A DNA stretch of 64,000 bases, from IMG/VR virus record IMGVR_UViG_3300044846_003060. The stretch is one strand, 5' to 3'. A program made the position numbers and the translations under genes. This document shows, piece by piece, positions 20,504 to 32,500 of the stretch. This stretch comes from an uncultured virus (IMG/VR IMGVR_UViG_3300044846_003060). Taxonomy: Duplodnaviria; Heunggongvirae; Uroviricota; Caudoviricetes. Numbering within the stretch: the stretch's first letter is position 1; each line of letters opens with the position of its first letter. Under the pieces are notes generated by a model. The model did no database searches and was not told where the DNA came from. It saw only the letters and a program-made list of their open reading frames with translations.

Positions 20504-23500
20504 TGAAAATTACTTGTGCTCTTAGTAAAGAACATTTACTAAAACTTGCTGCTGTTATATATAAAGATATTGAATCATACCAAGCAGAGAATAAAGCCTA
20601 TGATGCCAGAGTTTTAATGAATCAGTTATATGATAAATTAAATAAAGCACAAGGTCAAGAAGTTGCCTTATCTTATATGCAACAGATGCCATTTTTAGTT
20701 GGTCAAATTGCTTTTAAAGAAAGCACTGAGCTCATTGAAGATTTTGCTATTAATGATCTATTTAAGTTAAATAAAGAATTCAGAAATGAAGATTCTGGAG
20801 TTCAATCTTTATTAAATTTTTTTGGTAAGACAATTGATGCATCTACTCTAAAACTACTTGCAGATGCAGAGTTAAATAATCCTGTTGAGAATGATGGGCC
20901 ACCAATTGCTGAAGAACCTCCAATAGAAAAATTTACTGATAAGAGATTAAAAGTTTTAGTTGACAATGCTATATCAACTACCTGGGAAGAGTTTTTAGAA
21001 ATGGATCCTAATTTAAAAGTTGATGAAACAATAGAGAATGTAGATCCTGCTAAAACTACTGTATATAATACACTAGATAGACTTAGAAAGTTAACTTCTG
21101 GTGGAACTGCCTTAGATACTATAGTAATGGATGATAACAAGGTTAAACTTAGAGTTTGGTCTCTTAATGCATTTCCTCAAGACTTACTATATCAAAAGAC
21201 AAAAGATCTTAAACAAAGAATAAATACATTTCAATCTGGTAAAGCTAAAGATCAAGGTGAAGTAAAACCGGTTACTGAACAATTCATGGTTGTTCTTACA
21301 AATGAAAAAGGTCAGATACTTTATTTTAATGAAGCAGGTGTTGTTACTCCTAAAGAAAATGGAGGTAAACCTGTTTATCAAATGCTAAGAGATGTTAGAT
21401 TAGAGAAAGGTGGTGAGTATAGAGTTACAGATATATATGGTAGAGAGGATATGATCCTTGGTTCTGCTCAAACTGCTCAAGCAAGAGTAAAACAAATGGG
21501 TTATAAATCCATTGATATGTTTGAAAAATCTGAAGGTGTTAAGTTCTCAGATTTTGTAAATCAAATTGAAGAAGAAAGACAAGCAAAGTTTAAAGAGTAT
21601 TATGATTTTAGACAGTCCTTAATTGGAATGCCAGCTAATAGACAAATATTTTTACCACTTGTTGATGTAAGTAATGGTGTTAGAAATGGTAGAGTTAGAC
21701 CAGGAACTATGAACATCAATAACTTAAGATCCTTTACTCCTGAACAAGCTGAAGCTATACTACAATCAATTACATTATTAGATACTGATTATATTACTGA
21801 AGATAGAACACTTAAAGCTAATACATCAGCTGTTCAAATTAATGGAGAAGTATTTGAAGTTGACAGACCAGATATATCAACTGATCTGGCTACAAAAATA
21901 GCTAAGGTGCTTACTTCTAAAGATCTAAGTATTACAAGTAAGTTGGACTTTGTTCAACAGTTTTTAGATAACGCATTAGATGAAGATGTTAGAAGACATT
22001 TTATAAAGTATGATGCTGACCAAAAAAAATTAAGATTTTTATATAGAACATATATAAATGCTCAGTTTAAAGAAATTAAAAAAACAAATCCAAAAGCTGC
22101 AAATACATGGTTGGAAGTTGATTTAACTGGAGGCCCTGCAGCTGAAGCAAAAATTATTGAAGTTCTTTTGAAAGGTAAAGGAACTTTAAAAAAAGAGAAT
22201 AATAAAATTGTATTGGATAAGAACGGTATTCCTGAAGTGGGAAGATATTATCCAGCTAAAATTAAATACGATAAAGGTTTACTGCAAGACGGTACTTATT
22301 TTGATTATATAGAAGATCCAAATAAACCTGGAGAATATATGTTCAGTGTAGGTTCCTATAAAACAGGATTACTTCCAACAATGGATGCTAAAATTGTATT
22401 AGGAAAATCTAAATCAATTCCTTTGTTTAATAGCTACATGATTTTTGCAATTCCAAATGCATTTTCAGAATCTATTGATCAAATTAAAGATGAGAATGAA
22501 ATAAAAGGAGAGCCTTCAGAAATACGTAAGAAGTATAATGAGTTAGTAGATATATTAAAAAATTCTCCTGATCAAAATCCAAGTTTAAAAGCAACAGTTA
22601 CTGAATTAGGAAAGATAACACAGACACCTACAGGTAATTATAGAAGTATTGATATTACAATTGAAGGTCAAGAAGGAACTTTTAGATTGTATAGAGTTGT
22701 AGATACTAGTGCTAAAGTTGGAGATGAGATAAGTTTAATACTTAGAGATATTGAAGTACAAGATGGTATGGGATATCCTAATACTATTGTAGGTGTAAGA
22801 GATTTTGAAGGTAGAAGATATGACTTTGGATTCTTACAAGACTCATTCCGTAGTAAAGAATATAATGAACCATCAAGACAACCTGTACCATTAAATACTG
22901 AAGCAATAGAGGAAGCTAAAGAAGAAGAAGAACTTGATGATATAACAGATACACAATCTGAAGTAGGTGAGAGTAAAGATATTCCAATAACTCCTATTGA
23001 ACCTGGTAAAGGTAGTATAGGTAGAATACTTGATGAGGATCCGGGGTTTGTTCTTGATAGAAAAACATGGCTGAGTCAATCAGGAATTACTCAAGAGCAA
23101 TTAAATAATGCAAAAGATTGGTGGGAGAATTCATCTTCTGGTAAGCTTTTAAATAAATACATTGAACTCAGTGTAGCAGCAGATTTAGTTAACTCTGATG
23201 TATATGCAAAATTTATTGCTAAAGGAGCATGGCTTTTAGGTTATGCTGATTACAAATTACAGCCAGGTAAACTTGGAGTTATTGCTTTAAATCCCCGTAA
23301 TGGTGGGAACTATGTAGATGTTTATCATGAAGCTTGGCACGTATTTTCTCAGTTATTCATGACTAATGAACAAAGAGTTAAATTATATACAGAGTTTAGA
23401 AATTCAGATCCTGCATACAAGGATATGTCCTTCTTTGAAATAGAAGAAAGACTAGCAGAAAACTTTAGAGAGTATGCAAGAAATCCTAAACCTGTTAAAA

Positions 23501-26500
23501 GTCAACCTGTTAGAAATACATTATTTAGAAAAATATTAAACTTCCTAAAACAATTATTCGGTAAGGTATCTCCAAAAGATATCATTGATCCAAATATAAT
23601 GGAAATAGGAATGGTTAATGAATTGTTTGAAGCTCTTTATTTCAATAATGATAATGTATTAAATAAATTTTCTCCATCCGTAGATAATTTAAAATGGGAT
23701 GAACTTGATAGAGGAGTGGTTGTAAAAACAGAAGAAAAGAATTCTAAGGGTAAAAATATAAAAGTTGAAGTACTGAATGAACAAGATGGTAGAGCTCTTG
23801 CAAATACCATTGATTCTGTACTATCTGAAATCATTGATGAAAGTTCTAAATTTTATAATAAAAAATCAGGAACTGTAAAAATCTTAACTGATTCCTATAA
23901 TAAAGGTCTTGCTTATGATAAGGTTAGAAAGAAGTTCATAGAAGATATTAAACAATGGCAAAAAGAACTTCTTATTAAAGATGCTAAGTTTGATACCTAT
24001 ACCACTTTAGATCAATTAGATTCAAATGCCTTTGCTGTAATAAGAAGTAAAAAAGGTGATCATAAATATATTTTCTTAAGAGGTCAAGTTGAAAGTTTTA
24101 AAAATCTAACAGCTGATACTAAACTTGGAGAAAGAGAGAAAGGAAAACTATACAAAGACAATATTGAAATTGTAGCAGATTACTTTGAACATGATTTAAT
24201 TAAAGATAGAAAAGGAAGAGGAGCAAGTATAATAATTGTTGATAGTAGACAAGAAGCTGAAGATCAATTTAAAAATTATATTGAAATTGATCCTATTACT
24301 AACGAACAAAAGGCACCTTCAATACAATCAATTAAATTTAATGAAGATAGAGTTGCTGCAAGATTATTTACTCCAGAGCAACAACTTAAATTAGATAACA
24401 TTAGAATCTATGAAACAGCACTTAAACACTGGGATTCTATTATTGCTCATCATGAAAATAACTCAACCTTTGATATAATTAAACAAAAATATATCTTACT
24501 TGAAGAAGACCCAAGTACAAACTCATCATTAGATACTACAAGAGCTAATGAAACTAGGACTGGGGATAAACAAATTGGAGAGTTTACATTACAGGAAATG
24601 GCTAATAAAGAGACTGTATATATATTAAAAAGTCTCTTTAAGAAAGAAAAGAAAGGAACTGGTTATGTTAATGTATATGATAGATTTGGTAATAAACAAT
24701 TAGCTGATTTTAGAACAGTATGGAATGCCGTTGTAAGAGCCACCAATAGTGCAAAAGATCCTCAAAAAATATATGATGCACTTGTAAATGCTGCCAAGTT
24801 TTCTCCAGAACTACAACAGTTAATAGATTATAAGTTGCCTTTACCAAATCAAGTAAATCAATCTTCTTCTGAGTTTGATATTACTACTTCATTCTTTACT
24901 GATTTTAGTAGACCAAAAGTACCATATATTCAATTGTTAGCTTTTGATGATGGTGTAGAATTCTCAACTGAAGTAACAGATGCTGGTATAGATGTAAGTA
25001 AAACTTTAAAGATATTTGAGGCTAAGTTCCGGTCAGATAAAAATGATTCATACATTGAAAAAGATAATAATATATCCAGACTTAATTTAAATGCTGTATT
25101 GCAAAATTTTAGAAATAAAAATAGTGCAAATTTAATTCTTGATGAAGATAAAGCATTTAAGTTTCTTACATCCATTGGATTCTATTTTGATGATCTTACT
25201 GCTATTAAAGATGAATTAAAAGATTTCAATAATAGAAAGTATTATTATATACCAAGAATATTTGAAACAATCAAATTAGTACATGAAGCTAGTTTAGATC
25301 CTAACTTATCTAAAGAAGGAAGAGAATTAATAAATAAGTTTAGAATGAGTCCATTGAGGGTATTAAGAAGTGGTATACCTGAAAATGTATTGGGTCAGAA
25401 AGATTCTTCTTTATACAAAAATGGGCTTTCACAAAAGACTATTGTTGATAGACTGCTTACATTACAAAGTAAATACGGTAAAACCGGATCTAATTTTAGT
25501 GTATTAAATCCTGAAAGAAACAGAGTTAATTTACATACTGATGATAACACAGCAACAGTAATAGCTGATGCAATAAATCAAGTAAGTAATAAATCTGATA
25601 TGTGGACAAAAACACAGTATAGATTATTAAATTCATTTAACCCTGCAGTTAATGCATTTACTAACAGGTCCCAAATAATGAAAGCTTTATTTGAGCCAAG
25701 TAATAAAAGAAGAACTGACAGATTTTTAGAAATTATTATGGTGGCTGGTACACAGCTTACATTAAATGATGTATTTTTATCAGGAACATCAACTACAAGT
25801 TTAGATGGCCAGGGTAAATTCTTACAAGATTTTCATACATTTCTTAAGTCAGGTTATTTAGAGTTTTTAAGACCAGGTTCTAAATCCTCTTCATTTGGAT
25901 TCATCTTACGTGGAGGTTTCCCTATTGATGTAAAAGGTATGGGTAAGAATAAAGAACAACATCTATATGCAGATATAGATGACTTCCTTACTGCAAACAA
26001 TAAAGAGACTGAAGTAATTGAAAGAATTATCCTACCATATCTTGCAGGTGAACTTGAAAGAATAAATAAATTCAAAGAAAACCCAAAAGCAAAAAATTAT
26101 ATAGGGTATAATCAAAAAGTCACTGACTCAGGTAAGAGAGCTGGAGAAGAGTATGCAATATTTGAAGGTATACTTGATGATAAAACTAAATCAGACTTAT
26201 TAGAAAAAATAAACAACTCTGGTATAGATTTAATAAACTATCTTAAAAATGATCCTGATTTAAAATCTAGTTTGATTAAACAAATCAAAGGTTATTTTAC
26301 TACTAGAAGTACTGATGTTTATAACAGATTAAATGAAGGTAAATATGTAGATCCTAAACTATATAATAAAGTACCTGGTGATTTGACTAAGTCAGAAAAA
26401 GAAAAAGTTCTTGCAAAGACTTTCATGTATAATTATTGGATTCATAGTGTTGAGACTCAGATATTATTCTTAGGTGACATATCTCAATATAATCATCTTA

Positions 26501-29500
26501 AAGAAGAATTACATAAGAGAACTTCTGGTTTGATTTCAAATGGTCCAAGATTTAGGACTGATACTGCTGCTCAATTATTTATAAATAATAAAGCTTTATG
26601 GGCAAAAAGTACTTATGCATCTACTTTACCTGCTGAGTATCAAAACTTTGAATACAATGGTACATTTAATACCGCCATCATGGAGGATATTACTAGAGAT
26701 AGTGAATACTTAGATATAATTAAAAAAGGTCTTGAAAAAGATTATGCAAAAAGATATGCTTTACTTCCAACAGCAGAAGCTAAAAAACTTATAGAAGAAA
26801 GAGTAGCAAAAGAAATTGCTAAATATACGGCAGATGAAATCAAAGAAGGTGATGGTCAAGGTTATATTACTGTTGATGCATATAGAACATTAAAAAAATT
26901 ACAAAACCGTTGGTCAGATCAGCAAGAAGTTCTATATCAAAAAGTAATTAAAGGAAGTGAGATTACACCAGCAGAATATATTGAACTTTTTCCTCCATAT
27001 AAATTACAATACTTTGGTCCATTAGTAGCACAAACAAAAGATTTTGCTAATGGTACAGTTTTACCAGTTACAGCTTTCCATAAGTTTGCCTTGGTACCTT
27101 TAATTCCATCATGGGTAAAGGGTTCTGATCTTGAAGTATTGCATAAAGAAATGCTAAGGAATAACATTCAATATGCAACATTTGGTAGTGGATCTAAGGT
27201 AGGTGCAGTAACATCTGATGGTGAATTAGATAAAATTTATGAGCCCGGTTCAGATAATAAAAAATTAAAAAGTAAAATAAACTTTACTAAAAATACTATT
27301 AATGTTGAGTACTTAAAAGAAGTAACCAGTGTACCTAGTAAATTAAAAGGTAAAGTTATATTCTCAACTCAGTTAAGAAAATTAATTCTTGAAGGATTAT
27401 TTATTAAAGGAGAACTTGTAAATGGTGCTAACAAAGATATAGTAGAAGGATACACTTCATTGGTTGACTCTTATACTAAATTATTAAAAGAAGAATTATT
27501 AACTGAAATTGGTTATACAAAAGAGAATGGAGTATATGTTGGTAAGCCTGCTAAATTATTAAAATTAATCAAAGACAATTTAGCTAAAAAAGATTACCCA
27601 AGTCACCTTCTTGATGCATTAAAAACAAATCCTGATGGTTCACTTAAGTATGACTTATCAAATTTTATTGATGCTCAAACTATAGAAAGAACTGTATTAT
27701 CAATTGCTGAAAATAGATTTGTTAAACAAAAACTAAAAGGAGAAGCTTTAGTTCAAGTAGCAAGTTCCATGACAAATGGTTTATGGACTGCAGGAAATAA
27801 ATTTAAAGCAGGATCTAAGGAAGATGTATTAAAGTATATGGGTACTAATAATCTACCTTTCTATTATCCTGGTGAGGATGGTAAAACAAATGCAATGAAA
27901 GTTGCTATTGCTTTACAAGGAGACTTCTTCAATTTATTAAACTTAAATGACTTAGATGGTCAACCAATTAAGACAAGAGAAAGACTTAATGAACTGATCA
28001 AACAAGATGAATGGTTAAATAAAGATAACAACCGTAAAGCTATTACCATGACTGCTGTTAGGATTCCTGTACAAGGACTTAACTCTATGGAGTTTATGGA
28101 AGTTTGGGAGTTCTTGGATCCTTCTGCAAGTAATATTATTATTCCTCCTACAGAACTAGTAGCAAAATCAGGGGGTGATTATGACGTTGATAAGCTTACT
28201 ACATTCATGCCTAACATAGATAAAGATGGTAATGTTTATACTTCAGATAAAAATGCAAAAGCTTTACTTGATTCTATTAATGAAGCAGACAGTAAAGATA
28301 AAATGGCCTTAATCAAGCAAGCTAAAAAAGTAATGGAAAATGACTTGATCACTAGTATCAGATCTATTCTTGAATTACCAGAAAATTATGCAACTCTTGT
28401 AAGACCAAATGATACTTACATGCTTAAAGATATTGCTGATGAATTAGCTGATGTTGTAGTTGATTATGATAAATTCCAAACAGTAAATAGAAAATTCAAA
28501 GAATATAGAATTGTAAAAGGTAAAAAAGCAATTAGTCCTACTACTACATTAGAACCTTTATATAATATTGATAAGTTTAATGGTAACATGATTGGTAAAG
28601 CAGTACTTGGTATTGGTGCCAATGAGAATGCTTTTAGTCCTTTATTAAATTCTATTGGTGCTAAAATGCCATTGACTTATCAGGAAAGTGAATTTGATCC
28701 AAAAATCAATAAGTATAAAGATATAAAGGATGGTGAAACTTATAGAACAAGATTACTATTACGTCATAATAAAAATGCTGATGGTACAATTTCATTAGCA
28801 GATGTAAACTCTGTTGATGCTGTAAATAAAATAGCTGACTTGTTTTCACAAGGTATGAATGGATGGGTTGACGTTGAAAAAGATCAGTGGATCTTTTATA
28901 TTCAAGGTAACTTAGAAATATCTCCTGTATTACTGTATTTATTAAAAGCTGGTGTACCTGTGAGAGATGCTGTTATGTTTGTGTCTACTCCTCTTATTAG
29001 AGAGTATGCAAATAAACAAAGACTATTGAAAAGTCCATATGCAACTCTAATGGGTATTGCACCTACTGAACCTCAGTTTGCTCAATATAATGCAGCTAAT
29101 GAAGTATTAAGTCCTGCTATAGATGCTTACTTGAAAAGAACTATTGATAAAGCTGTATTCTCAGGTTATAGTTTTGATACTGCATCAATAGCTTACTATG
29201 GTTTAGGTCCTAATGGTAGAAAACAATTAATGACTCAAGAGTTCAAAGGAACTGATGATCAAGTGATTAAAGATCAAATTAATGACTTCTTACAATATGT
29301 TGATTCAAATGATGTCATGAGAATCAATTTTTATCAGCAAGCAGATAGAAGACAAAATAATAAAGTATACAGTAAACCAAGAGTTTCAAATAAAGAAATT
29401 TACAATTCAGCTGTACAATTAAGTGATAATAATTTAGATAGCTTTGGTAATTTTGATAAAGCTAAAATTGAACAATTAGTTAAGTCTAAAAATGATACTG

Positions 29501-32500
29501 ATAAATATTCTGATTTTTCAATGGCTGCATTCTTGCATTTTATTGAGATTGAAAAATATTTAAAGGGTCTAGGTAATGTAAAAAGATTATCTAAACCAGA
29601 TACTCAAACATTTAAAACTATACAAGAGGTTTTATTAAGAGATCTAAATATTGCATACTTAAATGATTACAGTAAAGTTGATAAAACTACTTTTGATAGA
29701 TTAAGAAATGACAGCATTCTTGCTGCTCTTGCAGATAAAGATATAATAACTCAAGTAATAAGTCCATTGTTTTCATTAAGAAATAGCAAGCAAGTATTAG
29801 ATCAGATTGTTTCTACTATCAATACTAAAACAGAAGCTCTCAAAGAAAGATATGGTGGTCTTGGAGCAGACAACATTAGTAGGTTTATTGAAGAGTATAA
29901 AAATGCCATCAATACATTTATACTACAAAACTTCTTAAGTAACAATATAAACTCTAATGGAGAGATTGTTTTAGTGCCGGATACTTACAAAGGTTTTGAA
30001 GTTGTTACTAATGAAAATCTTGAAACAGATGTTGAAGTAACTGAGAAGGATGGTAAGAAACTTATTAGAGTTAATCCAAAAAGAATTGAAGCTGACTTTA
30101 AAAATAAAAACTACTTAGTAACCAGTAGCTCTAACAACTCTTACAAGTCAAGAGGCCTTGAAGCATTCCAAGTTGGTGATGATGTATTTGAATCTAAGTC
30201 AAGTTACTATAGATATGTTATAGAAAGAGAGTATTTAAAAAATAAAGGATTTACTAAAGAAGAACTTAACAGTATTGCTTTATTGAATACTTATAATCCA
30301 TCTGTAATATTGAGAAGAGGTACATATTCTTTTACAGATCAGTTATTAGAATCTATTCAACAGTTTCCAGAACTTTCTAAATATCCTGTAGTAAACCAAT
30401 TAAGTTTATATGCTTTTTCTAATGAATTTAATGTATTAACTTTAAATGATAAAGGTTTACTTGATGGTGCTCAAGCTGATATATATGCTCAGAATATTAG
30501 AGAACTAGCTAATCCAAAAATCCAAAAGATTGCAAACACTAAGGATAATGAAAAAATAAGTAGATTATTTTACATGCTTCAATTAATGGCAACTTACCAA
30601 CATGGTTCAGGTCCTTCAATTGATGGCTTTAATGAAATACTACCTCAAGATTCATACTTAAGTGTTATGAATAATGCTAGTCCTTTATTCACTAAATACT
30701 ATTTTAATGAAGATACTCTTGAATATATTGTTGATGTTCTTACAGCAGATAAATTAAGAATTAAGAACTATACAAGCATGCCAACAAGTAATAATACATT
30801 TGTTATTGAGGCTAAAGCTGAAGGTGCTCAACCATCTATTAAACCAACAACTCCTACTTTAACTGTAAATGATCCTAAAGATTTTACAAATCATTCGGGT
30901 GGTGCTGCTTTATCTGATACTGAATGGGATCAAATAGGTAGAGAGTTTGGGGTAACTAATCATAAACATTATAGAGAGCCTTTAGATTATGTAGATACAA
31001 AAGGTGAAGCTGCTAAAGGAAGTAAAACATTAGATTCTAAAAAATTACAAGCAGCTGGTATTGAACCTACTCATATTAGTCAAAAAGACTATAATGAAGG
31101 TGCACAAAAAGCTACAAAAGCTTTTAGAATGATGTATACTGATTCTGAAAATAAATCAGTAAGAAGTGCCTATATTATTCGTAACTGGTTACAAGTTAAA
31201 AATGCTGATGCCATATTTGCATTAGGTACTATAAAACAACCTGGTGAAAATGCATCTGATAAAGCTGGTGAAACAAGAATAGCTGCTGTCCCTATTGTTA
31301 AAGGTGGTACAGGATATGCTGTTCAAATGGCTATTAATGAAGGTAAACCTGTTTATGTATTTGATGGTACTAAAGAAGGATGGTATAAGTATGATTATTC
31401 AATTAAAAATTTTGTAAAAACTGATACACCAACTCTTACTAAAAACTTTGCAGGTATAGGAAGTAGAACACTAAGTACAAAAGAAGTAATAGACAAATCA
31501 TTACAAGCCATCAGAGATGTATATACTCAAACATTTGGGGCTAAACAAAAATCAGATGGTACAACAGTTAAATACAAGTACTATGGTGCTATGTATGATA
31601 TTGTTGTAGAGAATGGACTTGGTATAGATGTATTAAACTATAAAGGGAAACCGGCTAAAAAAGCAATTTTATTAGCTTACTTTAATCAAAATCCAAATAT
31701 AGATCCTCAAAGTACTGGACCTGATCCAATAGTTTTAAGTGATGAAGAAATAAATAATGATGATACAGGTAACTCAGATCCAACAACAGGTAATACATTT
31801 ACTTTTGCTGATGGTTATGAGATTGAAACTCCTTTTAAATTAAACAAAGAACAAGAGGCAGCTCTGTTAAAACTTGAAGAATTCTATAATGATCCTAAAA
31901 AATTCAATAATGAAATTACATTGATTGGATATGCAGGAACTGGTAAAACTTCAATCATGGCTCTCTTTGATAAATGGTTGAATAAAGGATGGTTTGGACC
32001 TAATATAGTATATACTGCACCAACTCATAGAGCAAATGCTGTTACTAAACTTAAGAATCCTAAAATTAAAGTATTAACTCTCCATTCCTTATTTGGATTT
32101 GGTCCTGAAGTAGACTTTGAAGGAATGGATTATGACGTAAGAGATTTACAATTTGCTAATAATAGAAATGGAAAAATTGATAAAGGTCAAATACTTATTG
32201 TAGATGAATCTTCTATGATTACTGATGAATTATATGATTTCTTAGGTCAGCAAAAAGATAAGTATGATCTTAAAGTTATATACATGGGTGATCCAGGACA
32301 GTTAGGTCCTGTGCAAAATAAAGGAGGCTTGACATCAAAAGTATTTTCTAATCCCACATCTAGTATTACTTTAACTAAAGTAGAAAGAACAGGAGATAAT
32401 CCTATACTAAAAGAATCAACTGCACTAAGATCTGGAGGTTCTTTATCATATCAGTCTGCAGAAATTAATGGAAAAGGTGTTGAATATATAAATAGTACAG

